A DNA stretch of 28,304 nucleotides from the NCBI GenBank assembly GCA_013416795.1, contig RQSC01000003.1:147181-175484 (forward strand), written 5' to 3'. The DNA is from Prasinococcaceae sp. CCMP 1430 (Eukaryota; Plantae; Prasinodermophyta). Each line of letters opens with the position of its first letter. Position 1 is the stretch's first letter. The position numbers and the translations under genes are program-made. This document shows, piece by piece, positions 20,101-28,165 of this stretch. The notes beneath the pieces are model-generated. The model worked only from the letters and a program-made list of their open reading frames with translations. It did not search any database and was not told the DNA's origin.

Positions 20101-23100
20101 CGCCAAGAAGGTAGGCATGGGCGACACGGCCGACCAGGTGTTCAAGTTCTTCCTCGAGCGCGTGCGCAGCAACCTGCACGTGGTGCTGTGTCTGTCGCCC
20201 ATCGGCGAGGCCTTTCGCAACCGCGTGCGCATGTTCCCCGGGCTGGTCAACTGCACCACCATCGACTGGTTCACCGAGTGGCCGGGCGACGCGCTCTTTG
20301 AGGTGGCCGCCAAGCTGCTCGAAGAGGAGAGCCTCGGCTCCGACGAGGTGCGCACCAACATCTGCAAGGTGTTCGTGACGGCGCACACCTCCGTGTCGGA
20401 GGCGTCCGACCAAATGCTGCGCTCGCTCAAGCGCCACAACTACGTGACGCCCACCAACTATCTGGAGACGCTCAACACGTACCGCATGCTGCTCAAGGAG
20501 AAGCGCGCGAGCGTGGGCGAGCAGGCTAACAAGCTGAGCGGTGGTCTCGAGAAGCTCGGGGAGACGTCGGTGCAGGTGGGCGAGATGCAGGTGGTGTGCG
20601 AGGACAAGAAGGTGGTCGTGGCCAAGGCAAAGAAGGACTGCGAGGAGCTGCTCGTGGAGATCGTGCAGGAGAAGCGCATCGTGGACGAGCAGGAGAAGAC
20701 GGTCAACGCCGAGGCGGCCAAGATCGAGAAGGAAGCTGCGGAGACGCAGGTTATCGCCGACGACTGCCAGCGCGACCTCGACAAGGCGATGCCAGCGCTG
20801 AATGCGGCCGTTGAGGCGCTCAACGTGCTCACGAAGAAGGACTTGTCCGAGGTGAAGGCGTACGCCAAGCCGCCGCCGGCCGTCGAGACGACCCTCAACG
20901 CCGTCCTGACGGTGCTGAAGCGCCCCGCGGGCTGGGACGAGGCCAAGAAGCAGCTCAACGACTCCGCCTTCCTCACCAAGCTGATGGAGTACGACAAGGA
21001 CCTGCTCAACGACGCGCTGCTGAAGAAGATCGGCAAGTTCACAGGGCAGGAGGACTTCACGCCCGACAAGGTGGGCAAGGTGTCGGGGGCGTGCCGCGGC
21101 CTGTGCCTGTGGGTGCACGCTATGGACACCTACGGCCACGTGGCCCGCGACGTGGCCCCCAAGCGCGCCAAGCTCAAGGCGGCGACCGACACGCTCAACA
21201 AGAAGCAAAAGGCGCTCAAGCAGGCCAAGGCACAGCTCGCCGAGGTGCAGGCGAAGGTCCAGGCGCTTAAGGACAAGTACGAGCAGTCGACATCCTCCAA
21301 GGAGGCGCTGCAGCGCGAGGCCGAGGACCTCGAGCTCAAACTGCAGCGCGCGGAGAAGCTGGTGAACGGCCTGGCGGGCGAGAAGGGCCGCTGGGAGGCG
21401 TCGATCGGCGTGCTGCAGGAGCAGCTCACCCAGCTGCCCGGCGACGTGATGATGGCAGCAGCCTTCATGTCGTACGCGGGGCCCTTCCCCAAGACATACC
21501 GCGAGGAGCTCGTCGAGCACACGTGGATGAAGCAGCTTCAGCAGCTGGCGGTGCCCAGCTCGCCCAAGTTTGACTTCGCGGGCTTCCTGGCGGATCCATC
21601 CGACGTGCGTGACTGGAACATCCAGGGGCTGCCCAGCGACTCGTTCTCGACGGAGAACGGCGTGATGGTCACGCGCGGCCGCCGCTGGCCGCTCATGATC
21701 GACCCGCAGTCGCAGGCCAACCAGTGGGTGCGCGCCATGGAGGCCAAGAACGGCCTGCAGCTCATCGACCTGCAGATGCCAGGCTACATCCGCACGGTGG
21801 AGAACGCCGTGCAGTTCGGCTCGCCCGTGCTGCTGCAGAATATCCTCGAGGAGATCGACCCCATCCTCGAGCCCCTGCTCTCGAAGGCCTTCATCAAGAA
21901 GGGCAACTCGACGCTCATCAAGATCGGCGACAAGGAGCTCGACTTCTCGCCCGACTTCAAGCTGTACATCACCACGAAGCTCTCCAACCCGCACTACCAA
22001 CCGGAGATCTCCACCAAGGCGATGATCTGCAACTTCGCGCTTTCGGAGCAGGGCCTCGAGGCGCAGCTGCTGAACACCATCGTCAAGAAGGAACGGCCCG
22101 ACCTGGACCAGCAGAAGGGCGAGCTGGTGGTCAAGGTGGCCGCCGGCAAGCGCAAGCAGGCCGAGCTCGAGGACACCATTCTGTACATGCTCTCCACAGC
22201 GACCGGCTCGCTGCTCGACAACGTGGAGCTCATCAACACGCTGGACAGCTCCAAGGTGACCTGGGAGGAGGTGAACGAGTCCCTCAAGGTGTCCGAAGAG
22301 ACCTCCGAGATGATCGACCAGGCGAGCTCGGCGTATCAGCCGAGCGCGCTGCGCGCGTCCGCCCTGTACTTCGTGCTGAGCGACCTCGCGATGATCGACC
22401 CGATGTATCAGTTCTCGCTGGACGCCTACCAAGAGCTCTTCCTCACGTCGATCGCCAAGTCAGATAAGTCTGAGGTCATCGCTGAGCGCATCAAGAATCT
22501 CAACGACTATCACACGTATGCCGTGTACCGCTACACGTCGCGCGGTCTGTTCGAGAAGCACAAGCTGCTGCTCTCCATGCAGCTGTGTGTCAAGATTCTT
22601 CAGAGCTCTGACGCCGTCAACATGCAGGAGTGGACGTACCTGCTGCGCGGCGGTTTCGTGGTGGACAAGGCGGCGCAGCCGGCCAACCCCGCCCCGGCGT
22701 GGATCAGCGAGGAGATGTGGGACAACGTCTCGATGCTGGAGGAGCTGCCCAACTTCAAGGGCGTGGTAGCATCCTTCGAGCAGGCCAGCATGGTCTGGGA
22801 GTGGTACCGCGAGGGCGAGCCCGAGGTCGCCGAGCTGCCAGGCGAGTGGGAGGCGAAGTGCGACGAGCTGCAGCGGCTGGTCTTCGTGCGCTGCCTGCGG
22901 CCCGATCGCGTCATCTTCGCGGCCACCTCGTACGTTGCCAACAACCTCGGCCGCAAGTTCGTTGAGCCGCCGGTGCTGGATCTCGGCGAGGTGTACGTCG
23001 ATTCGAACCCGCTGACGCCCATCATCTTCGTGCTGAGCCCCGGCGTGGACCCCACGTCCAACCTGCGCCAGCTCGCGCAGCAGCAAAGCCAGGACGACCT

Positions 23101-24784
23101 GGTGGCCATCGCGCTCGGCCAAGGCCAGGCGCCGCACGCAACGAAGGCCATCGAGGCCGCCGTGGGTAGCGGCGGCTGGGTGTTCCTGGCCAACTGCCAC
23201 CTGATGACCAGCTGGCTGCCCGCGCTCGAGAAGATCATCGAAGACCTGCCAAACAAGAAGCCGCACGCCAACTTTCGGCTGTGGCTGTCGTCCAACCCCA
23301 CGGCCGACTTCCCGATCAACATCCTGCAGGGCGCGCTCAAGCTCACCACGGAGCCGCCACGCGGCCTGCGCGCGAACCTGCTTCGCATGTACTCGACCGT
23401 CTCCGAAGAATCGTTCGCCGAGTGCCGCAACGCGCAAAAGTACTCCAAGCTTCTCTTCTGCCTGGCGTACTTCCACTCCGTGCTGCTCGAGCGCCGCAAG
23501 TTCCAGTCTCTTGGCCTCAACATCCCGTACGACTTCAACGACACCGACTTCGCAGTGTCGGACGACCTGCTCAAGACGTACCTCGACGAGTACGCTGAGG
23601 TGCCCTGGGACGCCCTCAAGTACCTCATTTCGGAGGCGAACTACGGCGGGCGCGTCACGGACGAGCTGGACAGGCGCGTGCTCAACTCGTATCTCGAACA
23701 GTTCTACTGCGAGGACGCGCTCAACGTGCCCAACTACCCGCTGTCGACGCTCACGCACTACTACGTCCCCGAGCACGGCACGCTGCAGTCGTACAGGGAC
23801 TACATCCTCACGCTGCCGTCGGTGGACGACGCCGAGGCGTTCGCCCAGCACCCCAACGCGGACATCTCGTACATGATCCATGACTCGAAGACTATCCTCA
23901 ACTCGCTGGTCTCGTTGCTCCCGCGCCAGTCCGAGGGTGAGGGCACGTCCACCGACGACATCGTCACGAGCGTGCTGGAGGACCTCACCACGCAGGTGCC
24001 AGGCCCATGGAATCTCGAGGAGGTGCAGAAGGCCAAGGCCGGCGATCCGAGCGCGCTGCACGTTGTGCTCTTCCAGGAGGTGGAGCGCTACAACGTGCTG
24101 CTGAGCCTGCTCCATCAGACGTGCGAGGCCACTAAGAAGGGCATCAAGGGGCTGGTGGTCATGTCGGCCGAGCTCGACTCGATCTTCAACGCGGTGGCCG
24201 CCGGCAAGGTGCCTGACGCGTGGAAGAAGACCTACCCGAGCCTCAAGCCGCTGGGCTCGTGGATGCGCGACCTGGTGCAGCGCGTTGAGGAGCTCAACCA
24301 GTGGATCACCGGTTCGTACCCCAGCGTTTACTGGCTGTCGGGATTCACCTACCCGACGTGCTTCCTCACGGCCGTGCTGCAGACCACCGCGCGCCGCGAC
24401 GCCATCCCCATCGACACGCTCAGCTGGGACTTCTCCGTCGTCAACCTCAACGAGAGCGAGATTGCGCAGCCGCCAAAGGACGGCGTGTACATCAAGGGCA
24501 TCTTCCTCGAGGGCGCTGGCTGGGACTTCGACAACGGGTGCCTCACAGAGCCCGAGCCGCAGGAGCTCATCGTATCGATGCCCATCCTCCACTTCAAGCC
24601 CGTGGAGAACAAGAAGAAGTCGGCGAGGGGGCTGTACTCGAGCCCGCTGTACCTGTACCCGCTGAGGACGGGCACCCGCGAGCGGCCCTCGTACATGATC
24701 TCGGTCGACCTCAAGGCCGGCGCGCACGACTCGGACGTCTACGTCAAGCGCGGCACCGCACTGCTGCTCGCGCTCGACCAATAG
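11125..24784 (+). CDS. DNAH2: Axonemal inner-arm dynein I1/f beta heavy chain (DHC10/IDA2; DNAH2 orthologue); exons 11125-16680, 16798-16827 and 16979-24784 (4463 aa) plus an unresolved short first exon
   Basis: DHC tail (LESTLIHWTRQIKE, GPLAEIEFW), linker (FPRFYFLSSDDLLEILG) and P-loops [32 protein letters not shown], then stalk, AAA5/6 and C-terminus RGTALLLAL. Segments such as [27 protein letters not shown] and YGLRSFVIPIARAAG match my recollection of Chlamydomonas DHC10. Acceptor gcgcAG at 11124. Confidence 0.95.
16681..16797 (+). other. Non-canonical GC-AG intron (117 nt) with CA-rich tract
   Basis: The exon ends ...ACC GTC AAG. The intron begins GCGAGT, has GCTGAC at ~16763 and ends cacacAG. 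Only this junction restores the conserved [11 protein letters not shown]. Confidence 0.88.
16798..16827 (+). other. 30-nt in-frame micro-exon ([10 protein letters not shown]) of dynein AAA1
   Basis: Bounded by AG (16796-97) and GTGCGT (16828). Supplies the residues missing between the two long ORFs. Confidence 0.92.
16828..16978 (+). other. Intron (GT-AG, 151 nt, phase 0)
   Basis: Donor GTGCGT, ACTGAC at ~16941, acceptor actcgcAG. Coding resumes IVFNCSDG. Confidence 0.92.
16836..16860. repeat. Perfect (CG)12C alternating tract
   Basis: 25 nt of uninterrupted CG alternation, 8 nt into the intron. Confidence 0.95.
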
Positions 24785-24795
24785 CGGCGCTGAAA

Positions 24796-24800
24796 TTACA
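24796..24800 (-). promoter_or_regulatory. TGTAA poly(A) signal for a minus-strand transcript converging on the dynein 3' end
   Basis: ttaca at 24796-24800. The only upstream minus-strand unit is the LOV-HK/Fanzor-like region. Confidence 0.45.
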
Positions 24801-24969
24801 TCACATCCATACTACAGTACAGTAATGTTTTTTTTCGAGCGTACAGGTCACGGAGGGGTGTGGGCGCAGAACCAGAACGCGTATGTCAGTAGTCACGAAC
24901 GCCGGGGCGGGCATTCGCGTGCGCTGGCGTGCAGCAGAGGTCGGAGGTCTCAGTGAGTCACGCGTGGAT

Positions 24970-25060
24970 ACACACACACACACACAACACACACACACAA
25001 ACAACACACACACACGCTCGCACGCACACGCACGCACGCACACACACACACACACACACA
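24970..25060. repeat. (CA)n-rich microsatellite
   Basis: Interrupted CA/CACG repeats. Confidence 0.95.
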
Positions 25061-25075
25061 TGGCCATCGACTCAC

Positions 25076-25250
25076 CCAGAATAGTCCCACCGACGAAGTC
25101 GACCGACCGCGACGATGTTGAGACTGACGAGCCGCCGCGACCTTTCATCGAGCCCAGCCTGAAGCAGGGCTCTCCAGGCGCAGCGAGGGCGTGCATAGAG
25201 ACTATGCACGTCGCACGGACTGGCTGAGGACAGCCATCCGTGTCCCCATC
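25076..25250 (-). ncRNA. Putative structured RNA; candidate Fanzor/TnpB omegaRNA scaffold
   Basis: Four adjacent stem-loops: 25215-25241 (ACGGA.TGGCTG/CAGCCA.TCCGT), 25183-25214 (perfect CGTGCATAG/CTATGCACG plus GCGA/TCGC), 25150-25172 (GAGCCC/GGGCTC) and ~25084-25107 (CGAC/GTCG core). Lies downstream of a Fanzor-like C-terminus on the same strand. Confidence 0.45.
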
Positions 25251-25280
25251 TGGTGGTGGGGAGAGTGGTGGAAGAGAGGG

Positions 25281-25390
25281 TGTGCGTGTTCGTGCCTGCG
25301 CGCGTGTATGTGTGTGTGTGTGTGTGTGTGAGAGAGAGCCTGTGTGTGAGGGCCTCTGTGTGTGCGTCTGTGTGCGAGCATGTGTGCGTG
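25281..25390. repeat. (TG)n-rich microsatellite
   Basis: Pure TG run at ~25309-25330 within a broader TG/AG-rich tract. Confidence 0.95.
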
Positions 25391-25435
25391 GGTGGTGGGG
25401 GTGCGTGCGTAGGGCGGGTCACATCGGACCGGCGC

Positions 25436-26060
25436 CTACTGGCCAGTGTAGAGCTGAAGCATGATGTTGCGTGCGGCGTTGTCGTCCCGGCCCATGCTGC
25501 GTGACTGTCCTGCCAGGCTTGAACATCTCCGCATGCTTGCACGACTGGGCGGTGATGGTGATGGTCCAGGCCGAGCGTTCGCGTTTGTTCTTAAAGCGCA
25601 GCTCGAAGGCGTGCGCCGGCTGCCCACGTTTCAGTCGCTCCTCCTGCTTGCTCACGTTTGAGGCGTGGGCGTGAAACGCGTCCCGGCACGCGTGCTGCCG
25701 GACACAGGCAGCGATGTTGCTGAGGCCCGGGTGCTGGCGTATGAAGTGCCCCTTCGTCCTGGTCCCCGATGGGATGCGCTGTGCCTGGTCCCTGCCGTCG
25801 TTGATCTGCTGCAGCGCTCTCTTGAAGTCCTCGCTCTGCGACATGAAGGTGGACTCCTTGGGCCCTCTGCCCGTGTCCTCAGTGGCCAGGCATTGCATGA
25901 TGACCTTCTCCACCCACTTGGAGAGGGGCTCGGCGGCCTCAGTGCCGCCCGCGTGCCTGCCAACGCCTGCGTTGCGCAGGAGCTCGACCGCCAGGTTATA
26001 AATCTTCCTGGCGCCGCGCATTTGCTGCATCAGCCAGCGCCGCTGACGAGTCGATGGTGC
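25436..26060 (-). mobile_element. Internally deleted Fanzor2 / IS200-IS605-IS607 TnpB-like gene remnant (N-terminal HTH/WED-REC part plus RuvC-III tail)
   Basis: Frame A: PSTRQRRWLMQQMRGARKIYNLAVELL (HTH_OrfB-like P-x3-Q...AR..YN.A) and LSNIAACVRQHACRDAFHAHASNVSK...FELRFKNKRERSAWTITI (Fanzor2-like VR..A..DA..A..SN...F.L.F..K). Frame B, 25495-25436: MGRDDNAARNIMLQLYTGQ* (RuvC-III DRD.NAARNI). No RuvC-I DPG, RuvC-II or zinc finger between them. Confidence 0.75.
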
Positions 26061-26843
26061 GCTGCAGGTTGAAGGGGACGCTCTGGATGGCGAGCTTGTC
26101 CGCCCCGATCTTCGAAAAGCCGGGGATGTCGCTCACGGTGGACAGCAGGCTCTCGGACGACGCGCTGACGGTGCTCACGAGGCCGCGCTGCTCGCGGGAG
26201 GGCGGGGTGGACTCCAGCAGCTGCGTGACGCCGATCATGCCGTTCAGCGGGGCCCTGATCTCGTGCGACATGGTGGCGAGGAAGCGGCTCTTCAGCGCCG
26301 CCGCCGCCTCCGCCTCCTGCGCGGCCGCCGTGGCCTCGGCCTCGGCCTCGCGGCGCCGCACGAGCTCGCTGATGTCGCTCTGGATGCCCACGTACTGCGT
26401 GAGGTTGCCCGCGGCGCCGCGGATGGGCGTCACCGACGGGTAGTTCACGAAGGGCGTGCCGTCCCTCTTGTAGTTGAGCATCTCCACGCTGACGTGCTCG
26501 CCCGCCAGGATGGCGTTTCGCAGCTTGGCGAGCGGCGCGGGGTCGGTGCCCTCGCCCTGCAGGAAGCGGCAGTTGCGCCCGAGCGTGTCCTCCACGCTGT
26601 ACCCCGTCATGGTGTAGAACGCCTCGCTGGCGAAGACCAGCGGCATGTCGGGCAGGCGCGCGCCGGCGATGGTGATGCCCTCCGAGAGCATGCTCATGGC
26701 GCGCACCTTGAGCCACATGGACGCCCCCTGCCGGACGGCATGGTCGATCAGCTGCTTGGCGTCCAGCGCCTGCTGATGATCTGCCGCAGCTCGCGCGCCG
26801 ACTTGTTGTGCAGGGACGCGTCGGCCGCCGTGCCGCTGGGCAT
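26045..26843 (-). pseudogene. LOV-histidine kinase pseudogene fragment (LOV + HisKA; HATPase and receiver absent; frameshift near 26770)
   Basis: GRNCRFLQG with the photoactive Cys (26571-26569), LNYKRDG.PF.N and GIQSD, then KSRFLATMSHEIRAPLNG (phospho-His). Truncated after PFNLQRTIDS. The upstream MPSG...RQIIS (ATG 26843) is in another frame. Many conserved residues are substituted. Confidence 0.85.
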
Positions 26844-26893
26844 GCGCGAGCGCCTGCCGCCGCCCGCGCGCGCGCCCGAGTCGGCGCCCGAGC

Positions 26894-27314
26894 NNNNNNN
26901 NNNNNNNNNNNNNNNNNNNNNNNNNNNNNNNNNNNNNNNNNNNNNNNNNNNNNNNNNNNNNNNNNNNNNNNNNNNNNNNNNNNNNNNNNNNNNNNNNNNN
27001 NNNNNNNNNNNNNNNNNNNNNNNNNNNNNNNNNNNNNNNNNNNNNNNNNNNNNNNNNNNNNNNNNNNNNNNNNNNNNNNNNNNNNNNNNNNNNNNNNNNN
27101 NNNNNNNNNNNNNNNNNNNNNNNNNNNNNNNNNNNNNNNNNNNNNNNNNNNNNNNNNNNNNNNNNNNNNNNNNNNNNNNNNNNNNNNNNNNNNNNNNNNN
27201 NNNNNNNNNNNNNNNNNNNNNNNNNNNNNNNNNNNNNNNNNNNNNNNNNNNNNNNNNNNNNNNNNNNNNNNNNNNNNNNNNNNNNNNNNNNNNNNNNNNN
27301 NNNNNNNNNNNNNN
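26894..27314. other. Assembly gap (421 N)
   Basis: Run of n. Confidence 1.
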
Positions 27315-27407
27315 ACAAAACCCCAAACGCGCGCACCGCGCGCGGCGCGCGCGCGGTCGCCTGCGCGCGCGCGAGACCATACGTACGAAAAAGTGAGTGA
27401 CGAGAAT

Positions 27408-27412
27408 TTACA
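27408..27412 (-). promoter_or_regulatory. TGTAA poly(A) signal
   Basis: ttaca 20 nt downstream of the minus-strand stop at 27432. Confidence 0.55.
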
Positions 27413-27431
27413 AATGCGAGAGTGCGACCCG

Positions 27432-27815
27432 CTACACGCGCCGCCGCGCCGCCGCCGCCACGTCGCCGCGACACGCCATGACGGCATCCATTCCCACCCA
27501 CCCCGCGCGCGCCTGCCCACCATCACCACCAAGCTCGCACCTGAACCAGTAAGACCCACCGTACCGTGCGCATTCACCCGCGGCGGGGTCGCGCCACTCG
27601 ATGCGCTCGAGCGTGACGCCGCTCTCGGCGGCGACGCCCATGCGTGCGCCGCAGTCCGGCGTGCACGCGAGCACGCCACGGAGCACCAGCTCCTTCGCCT
27701 CGCCCGCGTCCAGCTCCGCCAGCGGCCCCGCCATGCGCAGGCGGCGCTCCGGCAGCACCCCACCGTTGCGCCGGTACCTCCCCGTGGCCTCAAAGCGCAG
27801 CCCGGCCAGCTCGAC
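27432..27815 (-). CDS. Hypothetical protein (last exon, or the whole gene from Met 27734); no family recognised
   Basis: Coding-like codon usage (VELAGLRFEATGRYRR...KELVLRGVLACTPDCG...YWFRCEL...GWVGMDAV...), stop at 27432 and TGTAA just after. The 5' structure is unresolved. Confidence 0.5.
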   Translation of the reverse strand, partial: VELAGLRFEATGRYRRNGGVLPERRLRMAGPLAELDAGEAKELVLRGVLACTPDCGARMGVAAESGVTLERIEWRDPAAGECARYGGSYWFRCELGGDGGQARAGWVGMDAVMACRGDVAAAARRRV

Positions 27816-28044
27816 CTGGCCCGCACCGCCTCGCTCGCGCTCGCGCGCGCGCGCGCGCGAACGTCCGAGTGGCGCGCCTGCGTGGCTTTGCAACCGGCCG
27901 CACACGCGCCTGGCCCCTCAGTCCCCTCCCTCCCCTCGAACACACACACGTGCAAGCACGCAAGCTCACGCCCACCCGCCCGCGCCCGCGCGCGCACGCT
28001 CGGGCGGGCCAAAACGGGAACCGCCCGATCATCGCCGTCCGCTG

Positions 28045-28165
28045 GCGGAATCCATGCGCACCACGCAAAAGCATTTATATATGGATTCCATCATATCGAA
28101 TTAGGGATTGTGTCATTTGAGAGCATTGCAATGTATTATGATGAAAGGATTCCTTTGGATTCCGC
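28045..28165. promoter_or_regulatory. AT-rich island with four GGAATCC/GGATTCC motifs in inverted arrangement
   Basis: GCGGAATCCA (28045-54) versus TGGATTCCGC (28156-65). Also ATGGATTCC at 28081-89 and AAAGGATTCCTTT at ~28144-56. Confidence 0.4.

Noticed and set aside
14542-24781. Very long minus-strand ORFs (616, 786 and 773 aa) inside the dynein gene, and the 670-aa ORF 6005-8017 opposite DRC2
   Set aside because: These are antisense shadows of strongly GC3-biased coding sequence, where stop codons are rare on the reverse strand. The translations have no recognisable domain, apart from the genuine JAMM part at 6005-6619.
24795-24830. Helitron-type 3' end (hairpin plus CTRR) for the Fanzor-bearing element
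   Set aside because: Only a weak AT-rich stem (CATACT/AGTAATG) is present, with no GC-rich hairpin or properly placed CTAG.
24886-24912. ARPGVRDY, resembling the Fanzor RuvC-I motif DPGVRTF
   Set aside because: It has no catalytic Asp, is flanked by stops, and lies downstream of RuvC-III (wrong order). Most likely chance.
25120-25240. Two CUGANGA hammerhead-core motifs on the plus strand (CTGACGA ~25124, CTGAGGA ~25224)
   Set aside because: No GAAA follows a stem II at the required position, so a hammerhead cannot be folded by eye.
25072-25435. Protein-coding continuation of the Fanzor-like gene (WGHGWLSS...WDYSG)
   Set aside because: An open frame exists but shows no RuvC or other motif. 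The dense hairpins fit an RNA-level function better. Not excluded if splicing at 25439 is real.
25996-28012. ORFs of 501, 660, 377 and 210 aa spanning the N gap
   Set aside because: Artefacts of translating through 421 Ns.
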